From Eledone cirrhosa (taxonomy: Eukaryota), in the NCBI GenBank assembly GCA_964016885.1, contig OZ024741.1, positions 237,274,001 through 237,338,000 of the forward strand: a DNA stretch of 64,000 nt. The letters run 5' to 3'. This document shows positions 11,786 through 25,266 of the stretch, piece by piece (the first letter of the stretch is position 1; the number at the start of each line of letters is the position of its first letter). A model generated the notes under the pieces. That model ran no database searches. It saw only the letters and a list, made by a program, of their open reading frames with translations, and was not told the origin of the DNA. A program made the position numbers and the translations under genes.

Positions 11786-13139
11786 AAGAAGACTCCGGAA
11801 GGTCGAAATGCAAAGTTAACATCGGCAGGATTGGAACACATATTGCAGATTGATTTTTATCTTTCGTCCTCCTGTGTTTCAATTAAGTTATCTGTCAAGT
11901 ACCGAGGTCGTTAATATATACTAATCAGCTATTTCTTCCCCACAAAACGTGTGTATTTATGTTAGAAACAAATACTGTTGTAAAATAGTATTGTAGCTTT
12001 AAGGCATATGGAAATATTGAGATACTGTTTTATTGTTGTATTTAGATATTTTATTGAGGTACATAACTGTTTTATTGAACTATTTTATTATATTTAACTA
12101 TTTGTTGAGGTACTGAGCAGTTTTATTGTTTTTAGATATTTTATTGAGGTACATACATGTTTTATTGAGATATCTATTTTATTACTATATTTAGATGTTG
12201 ATGTACATAGTGTTGTTGGTATATTTAGCTGTTTTACTGTGGTACTTCTGGTGCAATAAACTTGATCCATAAAATTTAATATGGACTATAATAATTTGAT
12301 ACCTAAACTGTTACAGTGACTTCCCCCATTGAAGTAATGTATGTGCAGGACAGTAAAACTACCCATTTCAAACTATCTGCTGTCATTGACCAATTTACTA
12401 CAACTATCAAACCACCAATCAATGTTCTGTTCTTTCCTTTATTTGTTACTAGCGTTTTACATAGCAGTCATCATACACTCATGTGACCATTGAGATATCC
12501 TTAATATGGAGGGGCTTGCCAGAACTAACAGGAGTAGTACTCAACACTGAAACATAACAAACTCTAGAGAAATATTGTTTAACTTTTAACACCCTGCAAT
12601 ATCTCCTGTAATATATCTTCACTTAGTTAAGGAACACCATATTCCACATTCCAACATGCAGTGATGAATTGTATTGGATCTGTGTGGTAATGATAGTCTA
12701 GCCTACACTTGTTTATATTTCTATTAACTCTTTATATCTTGTAATGATTTAGCAGAAAATAATAAAAAAATGTTTGTTAAATCAAATGTATATACTATCT
12801 GCACTGGTGGACAGATCCTTGTGAAACTTGGCAGTATTTGAATAAAGACTTTAATTTTTAATGTGATGCAGTCATAGTGCTGTTTTGTCTTGTGAATGTA
12901 GTTTCATGTAGTTATATATAAGTGCATGCTAAAATATTTAATTTAGTGAGCCAAAAATAATTTTTAATCAGGTGATATATATAATATTATATAATATAAT
13001 AAAGGGAGGAGTGCGGGACAACGTCCGTTTTATATTTTTTTTTTATCCCATCATTAGTAAAATAAGTTAGATTACTTTGAATAAATAATCAATGAATATT
13101 ATGTAATTTATCTACTAAATTTTGTAGCTCTTGATTCAT

Positions 13140-13510
13140 TTTTTCATTTCATTTTACGTCCGCTTTTTCCCTGCTTGCAAGGGTGGGAAGAGAACTGATT
13201 CTGGCCTATTTCTACAGCTGGATGCCCTTCCTAACACCAACCTCATTTACAGTGAGTGCTGGGTGCTTTTTTCCGTGGCGCCTACACGTCCACTTTACAG
13301 TGTGGGCTGGGTGCTTTTTTGCCGTGGCACCTCCACGACCACTTTGCAGTGGAATGATAGGGACCCCAGTCCCTATCATCTCTACAGCTGAGTAAACTGA
13401 AGCAATCTGAAATAAAGTGCCTTGCTCAAGGAAACAACACATCACCCGGTCTGAGAATTGAACTCACAACCTTTTGATTGCAAGGCCAATGCTCTAACCA
13501 CTAAGCCAGT
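13140..13510 (-). mobile_element. SINE with RTE-derived 3' tail
   Basis: tRNA-like head near 13450-13510 and a tail matching the RTE 3' end at 22925-22970. Confidence 0.7.
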
Positions 13511-14419
13511 ATTGATTAAACATAAATATTCTTATATATAAAGTATTGCTTATTTTAAGATTCACTTTAAAATTTTCAAATGTCAACACTTCCGGATAGC
13601 ATTATAACGTAGAAACAATTATATTATGGTGGATTGGCAGTATCGGTGGAGGGTCGGACGCCATGCTTTCCAGCATAGTTACGTCCCTTTACGATCTGAG
13701 TTCAAATCCCGCCGAGGTTGACTTTGCCTTTCATCCTTATGGGGTCGATAAAATAAAGTACCAGTAATACACTTGGTAATTGCTGGCCTTGTGCCGAAAG
13801 TAGAAACAATTATATTATAACAGTAAGGCGGTGGATTGGCAGTATCGGTAGAGGGTCGGGCGCCATGCTTTGCAGCAAAGAGATAGAGCCCTTTATGGTC
13901 TGAGTTCAAATCCCACCAAGGTTAACTTTGCCTTTCATGCTTACGGGGTCGATAAAATAAAGTACCAGTAATGTACTAGGTAATTGCTGGCCTTGTGCCA
14001 AAAGTAGAAGCAATTATATTATAACACTTATTACATCGCTTATATAAACGTTCATATATTTGCATCGTTATATAAGGTTTATATTTGCGACGCTAATTTT
14101 CTCCTTTTTCATTTTCGTAACATTTTAGTTTATTATATATGCTGTTTATATATAATGTCGTCTTCTTTTAATGTATCATGGATTACTTTACTGATTTCAG
14201 AAGAGAGTGTAACACAAACTTCATTCAATTTCTGTGCATATTCTCAATTACGATTTCATTTGATGTATCATATCTACATGCCTATATATTTGCGTATAAT
14301 ATCAATATGACACCCTACACATGCTAGCAGAAAACCACCCGAGATTGTTGCATAAAAATGAGAGACAGGGGGGACATACAAACACAAACAAACATTGAGA
14401 AATATATATATATATATAT

Positions 14420-14612
14420 AGGGACCCCGGTCCCTATCATTCCACTGCAAAGTGGTCGTGCAGGTGCCACAGCAAAAAAGCACCCAGCACTCACTGTAAA
14501 TGAGGTTGGTGTTAGGAAGGGCATCCAGCTGTAGAAATCAAGCCAGAATCAGTTCCCGTCCCACCCTTGCAAGCAGGGAAAAAGCAGACGTAAAATGAAA
14601 TGATGATGATGA
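14420..14612 (+). mobile_element. Truncated copy of the same SINE, inverted relative to 13148-13378
   Basis: Near-identical reverse complement; (GAT)n tail. Confidence 0.75.
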
Positions 14613-14829
14613 TAAAAGGTTGTCTGTCGGAAAGGTGCGAAACGTGTCCTCCGCTGTTCGTTGTTTTGAATATCTGAGGTATTCAGCAGAGCGCGCGTGA
14701 AATGGGGTCGATCAGGCAGAAGTCAGCGGCTGAAGTAGTTCTTTCAATTGTGGGAGTGGGGTGGCGCTAGCTGTCGGTCCATAGTATTCTCTGCCTGTTT
14801 GGTGAATGTTCCTGGGAGGATCATAGGGG

Positions 14830-15340
14830 TAAAGTCCTCAAACACTCTTTCCAGTGGGCCCTGTCAGAAACAAACTTCTCCAATTAATTCAACTGGATCT
14901 CCAAGCAAGACCAGCCAAGCTCGTGGATGTTATCCAAACATCTTGCTCGGGGTCAACCTTTGGGTTTCCAGCTGGTTGATTTTGCCCATAAAATATGTCC
15001 AAGAATTCTTTCCTGAAATTTTCTAACCACATGCTCATAGTATTGTAGCTGTGATCTCTTAATTTGGAGAAGTAGTGGTTCTACCTGGAGTGACTCTCCA
15101 ATTTCCAAGCTATGCACTCTATTGAGTAATGTTATTCCAAAGACCTTTCAGAGGAACTCCATTTCAGTTGCTTGTATTCGTGATCGAATTCTTTCGGTCA
15201 TTACCCAAGATTCATGACCATAGGTCAGGGTTGGCACGAATACCGAATTGAAGATAGCGAGTTTGACTTTTACACCTCCTTCTGATTACAGAAGCAAGAA
15301 TTGCAATGGCTGGTGCAGTAATGCGCCAGCTTCAGCCTTT
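14830..15340 (-). mobile_element. Degraded RTE-clade LINE fragment (same family as 11207-11785)
   Basis: Reverse strand PTLTYGHESWVMTERIRSRIQATEMEFL. Confidence 0.75.
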
Positions 15341-15841
15341 GGTAATATATATGATATATAACCTGACTATATTCTAATTCTAGTTCTATCTTTAAATGTT
15401 TTTTCATACTTCTGTACGAGTCACTTGCAGTTTGTTTGGAACACTAAAGCTCCTAAATCCTTCATGATGTGGAATGTTATTGGTGTAAGTAAATACCTCT
15501 TTTGTAATGGAGAAATGTAATTGAGCAAATGTTATCACTGGAATTTAAAAATTAAGATAAGACTATGACTATTTAGAAATGTTGATGGAACTATGTTCCA
15601 AATGGACTGCAAGGGACTAACACAAAAATGTAAGCAAAATAACTGAATAAAAAAAGATAAAACTAAAACATAGCATGTTTAAATATGTGTTTAAAAGAAA
15701 GGATATTACTCATATAAACGAATCATCATCATCATCATACTTTTTATGTTTTTCATACTCACATTTATATATATATATTATTCAGTTGATGAAAGTTGGT
15801 TGATCATATAATCTGCCGACTTTTTCGTAAACAGACGTAAA

Positions 15842-16203
15842 GCATTCAACGATTTGTATTCCTTAGGATTTTCTCTGAAAGGTATCAACCGGAATTTCAA
15901 TAAAATAAATGAGACGGTTTTATTCGTACATCGTCATTTTATTACATAATTCTATTATACGTATTTCGAAGATGTCAGAGTGGTTTCATAATAACCCCAT
16001 GGCATGTTCTCATCAGATAGTGTAAGATGAATTGTTCTATTTTTTTATGTTACTGGTTTCTTGTGTTGTTTACATAATTGACCAGTACACATATAAGAAT
16101 ATGCTAGGGAGTTATGTAACCACTTCGACATCTTCGAAATATGTATAATAGAATTATGTAATAAAATGAAGATGTACGAATAAAACCGCCTCTCTTATTT
16201 ATT
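15842..16203 (-). mobile_element. Penelope-type inverted pLTR-like insertion with a hammerhead (15952-16020, -)
   Basis: Arms ~15903-16010 and ~16097-16203. Reverse strand: CTAT-CTGATGA-long stem II-GAA-ATACGTAT-A-ATAG. Confidence 0.72.
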
Positions 16204-16721
16204 ATATATATACTAGCTGGCTCCATGCTGTCAAAAATGGACAATTGTAATATGTATACATAATATAAAAATGAGGTGTTTGTTGGTTGGTTGGTTGGTT
16301 GGTTCTTTCACACTCACTTACACAAGTGATACAAACACACACAGCTGTGCCGTATCTTAGAATTCTGAATCTCTATAGATTCTCATCTCCCCCCTCCTTC
16401 TTCAGTCATCTCTTGTGATGGACAAATACACAAGCATATTATATATTAGTGTATGTATATATATATATATATATATACACGCTGTAATGTGGCCGTGTAG
16501 GTAACACGGTAAAAAGTTCCCAGTTCCACACTGTAAATGTGGTTGGTGTTAGGAAGGGCATCCAGCCGTAAAAAACCTGCCGGATAGTCCTATATGAGCG
16601 AGACATGGTCACCCGACCAACCTTGCCTCAAGTGGGACAACTCCCGTCTAACCCATGCTAGCGTGGAAAATGGACGTTAAATGAAGATGATGATGATATA
16701 TATATATATAAGAAAACGCGA

Positions 16722-17049
16722 TTCCGCCTAACCAGACAGCTCTATTACATAATACGGTTACGTTCTCGAGGTAATTCAAATTAAAACGACAAGGGAGCGG
16801 GCGAAGACTGCAAAAGCATCATCTTTGTCTGTTCCCCTTGTCATTTTAATTTGGATTGCCTTGAGAATTTAACCTTATTATGTAATAGAGCTTTCTGATG
16901 AGATCATACCACTGGTTAGGCGGAAACACATGGCCACTGTCGTCATTGAAATATGTATCACAGCCTTATCAATAAAGGACTTTAACATCTGCAGCTACTT
17001 TGCATGTTCTTATTCTAAATATACTCTGTCACTCCTCTACATAGAGTGC
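16722..17049 (+). mobile_element. Penelope-type inverted pLTR-like insertion with a hammerhead (16890-16964, +)
   Basis: Inverted arms 16722-16807 and 16822-16925. CTGATGA 16895-16901, ~46-nt stem II, GAA-ATATGTAT-C-ACAGC. Lies between (TA)n and (TG)n. Confidence 0.68.
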
Positions 17050-17070
17050 TTGAATTGAATTGCATCAATA

Positions 17071-17106
<36 letters not shown>

Positions 17107-20100
17107 TATATACGTGTGTGTAATATATACGTGTGTGTGTGTGTGATATGTACATATGTGTGTGTGTGTGTGTGTAATATATACATATGTGTGTGTGTGT
17201 GTGTAATATATACATATGTCTGTGTGTGAATAAATAATGTCTATGTGAATATTTGTGCGTATGCATAAACACACTATTATGCCATATAAACAAGATGTAT
17301 GGTTGTATTTTTGGTGTTATGCACTCACAAAAGAACACTAATATTTGCAGTTGTTTATTCAATAACACAGCATGAGGGAGACGGATGTTTTAAACGAAAT
17401 AAATAGTTTATAATTTGATTAAAATTGTTATCTAAAGAATTGAAATGGTGTAGGGGGCTTAAAGGTCAGTTAAACTAATTGTCAGTGTTTTTGTCCAGTA
17501 GAAACAACAGCTGCACTACATACATACATACATACATGCTTACATATGTACATGCTTGCATATATACATGCTTACATACGCACATGCTTACATACATACT
17601 TGCTTACATACATACATACTTGCATAGAATTTAACACATACATATATATATACAGAGAGAGTCTGCAGTGCTGAGACCGAGGAGACCACTAATTGAGGTA
17701 CTCAATACATGGGATGTAGAGTGGGTATGGAGATGTGTAAAATCCTGACCGCAGCGCCAACCTGAAAATACTTGGTACCACAGTCGGTATTTTACACCTC
17801 TCACTCTCTCTCTCTATACGCGCGCGCGCGCACACACGCACATACAAATGTGGTTCGTGTTAGGAAGGGCATCCAGCTGTAAAAGAACCCACCCAAAATA
17901 TAGTTCCATTTCAACTGGCCAGACTGTTATACCAAGGACAACCCTTCTAACTCATGCAAGCATGGAAAAATAGATGTTACACGGTGGGGATGATATATAA
18001 CTCCATCATTTCATATTGAAATTTTTTTTAATGTTTGTTTGTGCTGTTGGAATTTCTCCAGTACAATGTTTCATCACTATTTACAGTCTTTTACCATCTT
18101 CGAGATGTTCAATGTCCTGAACTCAATTTTCACCCCTTCTTCCCAAGTTTTCTTTGCTCTTCTTAACATAATGAGATGCAGTGTACAATATAATAGAATG
18201 AGATACAGGTACAAATATATAATAGAATCTGATACAGGTACAAAGCCAGCAATTTAAAAAGTTTATTATATCTACCCTAGTACATGACTGGTACTTTTAT
18301 CGACCTTGGAAAGATGAAGAGCGAAGTTGACCTTGATGGTATTTGAATGTAAAGAGTTTAAACAAATACTGTAAAGCATTTGTCTGTTGCTCTAACAATT
18401 CTGCTAATCTACTGCCCTCTAGTATCATATATAATAGAATTAGATATAGTATCATATATAATGAAATACTGTATATTGTATAATAGAATATGAGATATAG
18501 TATATTATACAATAAAATGTATGTGATATAATAATATAATATTTTAAAATATACTATATCTAATTTCTGACATAGGGAAAAGGCCAGAAGTTTTGGGAGA
18601 AGGGTTAATCAATTAAATTGATTGATACTTTTTTTTTTTTTTATCAACTCTGGAAGAATGAAAGGCAAATTTGAACTCAGAACATAAAGACTGCAAACTA
18701 TTTTGTCCAACACTCTACCGATTCTGTCAATCTGCATATATTAAAATCTGTTCTACCACCACTTCATTCATTTACAAAATATATATCATCATCATCGTTT
18801 AACGTCCATTTTTCCATGCTAGCATCGGTTGGACAGCTTGTCATAGATATGCTAGAGGCCACACCTTACTTACAATCTGGTTTTGGCATGATTTCTACAG
18901 CTGGGTACCCTTCATATCACCAACCACTGTAAAGTGTATTAGATACATTTTATTGGGGCACTAGCACTAACAAAGTTTTCATGTCCTCTCACACTACTGA
19001 AAAGTCCTCTAAACCCTTTGTTTGGCATGGTTTGTATGTCTGGATGCCTTTCCTAACATCAACCACTTTACAGGGTGTACTGGGTGTATGTTATCATGGC
19101 ATTAGGTAGGTTTTTTTATTGTCATCATTGACTTGACTAAATATAATGGTTTCTGATTTAGGCACAAGGCCAAAAATTTAGATGGAGGAAAGTCGATTAC
19201 ATGACCCAGTGCATTACTGGTACTTTATTTTATTGGCCCTGTAAGGATGAAAAGCAAAGCTAACCTTGGTGGGATTTGAACTCAGAATGTAAAAGGATGT
19301 AACTATATAACAAAAAGCATGTTGTCTGATGCTCTACTGATACTGCCAATCAACTGCCCTTACTAAATATAATAATAATGTTAATGAATATATAACACAT
19401 AAGTTAATAAAATATATAATGCAATAAAATCTTCCTTCCCTCATTTCATTCATCTAATAAATTAGCGTATAAAAAAAAAACTATACCTAACCCGTCTGTT
19501 ATTTTCTTTCTAATGAAAGACACTGCCTACGATTTTCATTTAATTTTGAAAATAATCAAGAATTTGGAGGGATTTAGTAATATAACTAACTTCCTCATTA
19601 TTAAGCTGGTGTTTGGAATGTAACTTAACTCTATTTAAATAGTTATGGTGGGCGGTTTTTTAGATAAATATAAACACTTAACAACAAACAGATTTGTATC
19701 ACAAAACCAGGGGCAATTCTGGGTAGTTTGGAAACAAAGGGGATAAAATATGTTCCAATCTCTTAATAGTATACTCGTTTGACCCTCACTTAGAATATAT
19801 TTTTTCTTTGCTTTCTTTATTTCTTCAGCTGAGAAAATTATTTGTCACATACATCATCAAAGTAATACTTCCTATTACAGACCAAAAAAAACAAACAAAC
19901 AAAAAGCTGCTATGTCTGAAGAATTACATAATATCTTTACAGTAATGATCTAATTTCTGTTCACTATTTCACCAAACCTAACCCACTCACATTCAGTCCC
20001 TCATCCTTCACTGTATTTACCAAAGTTTTAAATTCCACACTCCAAATTATTTTGCTGCCCTTTTGAAATTTTTTTTCTTTTTTTCTTTAGATAAATATGT

Positions 20101-20393
20101 TTCTAGTGACAATTTAATGATTGAAAACTAGGAAACATGAATTTAGTTTGTTGCTAACAACAATTTTGTCATTAACTAAGAAATGGTAGACATTTTTATT
20201 TTAAAGGCATTACAAATATTATTGATTTAATAAGTGTAAGACTATGCAGAATATATACTAACACTAAAAAAAAAAAAGGGGAGGGAATAATTAAAAAAAA
20301 GAGGAATAATAAAGAAAAAAAAATGGGGTGGCAGTGAAAGACCTGCACATTTAATCACACAACACAAGGAATGCTGGAGTCTCCCTCTAATAA

Positions 20394-22127
20394 CACTGTG
20401 TAACATATTTTTTGTTCCCCGGTTCTAAGTGTCATTTCATGGTTTTTTTATATCCCATTATTATAAAAACACTATTTAATCAGAAGTTTGGGTTTGTGGT
20501 CAGGAGTTTGATATTTCGAAATTTTCATATTTTTCAAGAAAAAACACATTTAAAAAAATTTATCAGATCATATAATTAAATCAACAGAGTATATATTTAT
20601 TTTATTACACAAGCTTATCAAAAGCAAACAAGTAAAAACAAATAACACTTATAAAGCAACTTATACACATCAGAAATGACTGGATTTCCTGGATTTGCGG
20701 TTGTAGTCCAGGTTGCATTCCCGCACTAGCCCCCAGATATAGTCCTCATCATTTTTTCATTGTAGTGGCCCTGGTAGCTCCGCTCTCTCTTTCACATCTT
20801 GGTGGAATCGTTTGCCTTGTTCTTCTGAGTAGGCGCCCATATTGTCCTTGAATTTTTCCAGGTGAGCGTCCAGCATATGGAGTTTAAGCGACATCCTTCA
20901 TCCCATGGCGCCAAAAGCCTTTATCAGATGCTGCACCAGTTGCTGGTAGTTTTCAGCTCTGTAGTTGCCCAGGAAGCCCTTAACAACTGCCTTGAAACAG
21001 TTCCATGCTGTTCTCTCAATCCTATTGAGCTTATTGGAGAACTCGGTAGACTCAAACACCTTCTTTATCTGAGGTCCAACAAAAATTCCACCTTTGATTT
21101 TGGCCTCAGATAACTTGGGGAAGAACTCAAGAAGGTACTTAAAAGCAGCTGATTCTTGGTTGAGAGCCTTCACAAACTGCTTCATCAACCCCAACTTAAT
21201 GTGCAGTGGCGGCATGAGCACAATCCTGGGATCAACCAGTGGCTCCCATATGACGTTCCGGGTCCCAACTACAAATTCTGTTCGCTGCTCTCAGTTCTTT
21301 CTTTTGTAGTGGTCAGAGGTGCCTCTGCTGTCCCAAAGGCAGAGGAAGCATTGGAATTTGATAAAGCCTCCTTGGAGTCCAAGCAGGAAAGCCACAATCT
21401 TGAAGTCTCCAATGATTTCCCAATTGTACTGGTTGTATTGCAGAGCTTCCAAGAGGACTTTCACACTGTAGTAATCTTCCTTCAGGCAGACTGAATGAGC
21501 TAGGGGCAGTGTCGGGAACTTGTTTCCATTGTGGAGCAGGACAGCCTTCAAACTTGTGGTGGAGCTGTCTATAAATAGCCGCCACTCCTTGGGCACAAAC
21601 AGCACCCCAATAATGTCAAACAGTCCAGGCACGTCATGGCAGAAGCAGAGGCCATCCCTAAGAGTGTAAAAGCCTGAGAAAGGTTTGTGTCGACTTCTCT
21701 GACTTATCACCTGCACTTCCTCCTTGACCAAGTTCCACTGCTTCACCCTGGAGACGAATGCTTAAAACACAACTTACCCTTTATTCAGGGTGCGAAAATC
21801 CAGTATCAATAAATGTCTTTAATCCACTTTTTAACAATTTTATGCTTTATTGTACTTTTATCATTTTCTTTATGTATTACTCTTTATTTTATAATTTTAA
21901 TTTAACCTGAAATGTATATTAAAAAATCATTTAACATAAGCAAATTAAACTTGCATACAACGTAAAATCCAGCATACAAATAATTCTAGTGAATAGCTTG
22001 GAATTTTTATAAACCCAAACTTTTAACTGTTTAATAGCACTTTTTTTAAATTTATTTTGGACCTAAGCAACACAAAGGTGATTACAAGCCAGGAACAGAG
22101 AAAAAAAAAAATTTATTTTACACGGTG
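20394..22127 (-). mobile_element. Chapaev3-like (CMC) DNA transposon, internally deleted
   Basis: TIRs CACTGTGTAA.../...TTACACGGTG, TAA on both sides (3-bp TSD), internal transposase remnant. Confidence 0.8.
20670..21750 (-). pseudogene. Frameshifted DDE transposase core
   Basis: WRLFIDSS...SLKAVLLHNGN; IGDFK; CFLCLWDSR; PPLHIKLGLMKQFVKAL; GAYSEEQGKRFHQD; stop at 20670-20672. Confidence 0.85.
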
Positions 22128-22179
22128 TAATTTTTGAGGCAAGCCAACACACTTGCAATATTACTATGTGTGATAGTAA

Positions 22180-22345
22180 GGCGTTGGAACAACCAAGGAC
22201 CCTCACTAGCATCACCAAATACTTTAGTGAGGCTAAGGTGCAGGAACAACCAAGCACCCTCACAGGCATCACTAGCTACCTCGGTAAGTCCGAGTGATGG
22301 CAAAACTAAGGTACTGGAACAACCAAGCACCCTCAGAGGCATCAC
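22180..22345. repeat. Imperfect ~60-75-bp tandem repeat (GGAACAACCAAGCACCCTCA...GCATCAC), ~3 units
   Basis: Motif recurs at about 22186, 22243 and 22316. Confidence 0.7.
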
Positions 22346-22924
22346 TGGATACTTTGGTAAAGTGAGTTGCCAAAATGACAAGAACTTCGAAGTCATTGGC
22401 CCAGCTTCCCCCAAACATCTCAAATGCTACAAGTTGGAAATAACTAAGAAACACAGTATAACAGCAATGCAATGCTCTGACTAATTATATTAATGTCTAG
22501 TAATGAAGTACACAGTTCTGAGGGTTGTTAGGGATATGCAAGGAGGGGATAGTGAATTAGAATTACCTAGTATATTGCTGGTATGTATTTCATCAACATA
22601 TATACATTTCTGAGTTGTTTATGTTGTTGTTGTTGTTTAACTCCAGATCATTTGCAATCAAACATTCAAGCTGTCTTTGCCCTCACTATTGTTAGCATTG
22701 TTGTATCAGCTGTCCATTGTTAACATTGTCATCTTTGTTATGGTAGAATGAACATCTATAAGTTCTGGATTATGATAAATAATACACCACCATGTGTGTT
22801 TGAATAATTTTTATATCTCTATCTGTAACAAATACGCACACACGCACACATGCACACTGCATTTCCTATCTGTCATGTTGCCACAGTAAGATCAGTCATG
22901 ATAGAAAGGATTCATTTGACTCTT

Positions 22925-24142
22925 CATCATCATCATTTTACGTCCGCTTTTCCCTGCTTGCAAGGGTGGGACGAATCTTATTCAGCACAGCATCTCTCCA
23001 CTCGTCACGGTCCCTCTTCATCTCCACCGTGAGCTTCAATGATCTGAGGTCTGTTCTCACCACCTCCGCCCATGTTTTTCGTGGTCTACCTCTACCACGT
23101 CTTCCTTCAACTGGCATTTCCTGGCACTTCTTCACCCATCGGTCATCCTCCATGCGCATCACATGTCCATACCACCTCAGTCTCCTCTCCCGTACACTAC
23201 ATTCTATCCCTCTCAGACACAGTTTCTCTCTCAACACATTTATGCTGGGTCGTTCACGCACATTTACACTGCACATCCAACGGAGCATGCTTGCCTCATT
23301 TCTCTCCAGCCGTCGCATATCTTCTGCGGTTGCTGCCCATGTCTCACTACCATGCAGCATCGCGCTCCTCACACAGGCATCATACAACCGGCCTTTCGTA
23401 CGCAGGGAGAAACCCTTCTTCGTCAACAGAGGAAGCAGCTCCCTAAACTTCTTCCAACCCGTCCTTATTCTAGATACTATGGCCTCGGAACACCCTCCTC
23501 CCATGCTAATCTGATCTCCTAGGTACCGGAAGCTATCCACCACTTCTATAGCGCCCTCTCGCATTTGAAAAATGTGTCTATCAGTGCGACTTCTACTGTC
23601 TAATTTCCCTGTACATCTACTGCATACATATTTCTCCCTACCTGTTAGTTTGCCTGCTATCCCGCTACATCTCTTGTGTACCCAGGACCTGCATTGTGTG
23701 CATTTTATAGAATTTATGCCAGTTCCTTTTCTGCATATCGAACATGGCCATTTCCCTGACGGAATCAGGGTTTTGTCCTCTTTTGTCTTAGCTAGGTTCA
23801 CTCTCAGTCCTCTTGCTTCCAACTGCTGTTTCCATAGCCGGAATTTATTCTCTAGCTCCTCTACTGATTCTGCCATAAGAGCCAGATCGTCAGCATAGAG
23901 AAGTTCCCATGGACAGCCAGTCTTAAACTCCTCTGTTATGGCTTGGAGGACTATAATGAACAAGAGCGGGCTGAGGACCGAACCCTGATGTACTCCTACT
24001 TGTATCTGGAATTCCTCACTAAACTCCATTCCTACCCTGACTTTACTGAGAGTACCTCTGTACAAAGTTTGCACTGTCCTCACAAGCCATTCCTCAACAC
24101 CCAGCTTCCTTAGGGACCACCAGATGACAGATCGGGGTACCC
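22925..24142 (-). mobile_element. 5'-truncated RTE LINE (RT C-terminal half with Cys-rich insertion)
   Basis: ORF 22938-24083: GVHQGSVLSP, LLYADD, CxxC motifs, RLRWYGHV, GRPRKTW; (GAT)n tail. Confidence 0.92.
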
Positions 24143-24419
24143 TACTTCAATACAATAATTTATTTTTTATGAATAAAGCATGAAGGTGTGGTAGATTATG
24201 AATAAATTAAACACTGTTACAGCTGTTGTAAATGTTGTGGAAGAATTAACATGCATAAGTTCTGGATAATGATTAGGAAATGGTATTGTAGCTTGACACA
24301 ATTAATTTTCAGTATTGTATTGAGGTACATATGGTGTCTATGATTAATCATTGAGTTACCTAATTGTTATATATGCATTAGGAAAGTTACTGAAATGGTT
24401 GTGACACAATTAGACAGAA

Positions 24420-24915
24420 TCAAGCTAAATGCGATGCAGTTTGGCTTTAGGCCAAGTAAAGATACTTCCTTGAAAGACAAGTGAAGAAGTACTTAGTTAA
24501 GAGCAAGCCCCTGTACCTAGTAGTTGTGGAGCTGAAGAATGCCTTTGACAAGATCCGCCACTCAGTAATCTGGTGGGTGTTAAGGTAGCTAGGTGTGGAC
24601 AAATGGCTTGTAATGGCCATGCATGCTATGTATAGAGGTGCAACCAGCTAGGTGTGTACAGCAATGAATTTAAAGTGCCTGTGGGAATCCACCAGTGCTC
24701 TGTTCACAAGCCGTGACTGTGGAATTTAAGACTGGTGCTCCATGGGAACTCGTTTGCTGATGAATCTGTGAGAGAGTTAGAAGCAAGATACCAGGCACGG
24801 AAGAAAAACTTAGGATTGAAAGGTCTTAAAGTAAACTTAGCAAAGACTAAAGTCTTAATTAGTAGGAGAGAGGACAGAAAGTGTCCTTGCTTGATGCATT
24901 GTAAAGGGGTGGGCA
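24420..24915 (+). mobile_element. Highly decayed RTE RT fragment
   Basis: MQFGF, KPLYLVVVELKNAFD and GLKVNLAKTKVL remnants. Confidence 0.7.
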
Positions 24916-24933
24916 TGTGTATATGTATACATA

Positions 24934-24980
<47 letters not shown>

Positions 24981-25230
24981 CATTACCCACACGTAGTCAT
25001 TATCTTACTGATTAACGTATGTGTGCACTCTGAGTAACAGGTTTGTATTTCTAATGTACAAACTTTATTATATCTGAGTGAGTAAGAGATGGCCAAAGGT
25101 GCATCAATTCTCCTCAACTAGCTTCATAAACCAATCTCCAAAGTGGCTGACTGAATATGCATGTTTTTTTTCTGTTCCTTTCTCTTCCGTCTCTTCATCT
25201 TTCTGTTTTATCATTTTACCTCTCATTCTA

Positions 25231-25266
25231 TCTTCTGACGAAGGACCAGTGTCTGAAACGTTAAGA
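25231..25266 (+). ncRNA. Minimal Penelope-type type I hammerhead ribozyme
   Basis: TCTT-CTGACGA-aGGACcagtGTCT-GAA-ACGT-T-AAGA. Confidence 0.7.

Noticed and set aside
20394-20420. V(D)J recombination signal / ProtoRAG
   Set aside because: CACTGTG resembles the heptamer, but there is no properly spaced nonamer, the TSD is 3 bp rather than 5 bp, and there is no RAG2-like ORF.
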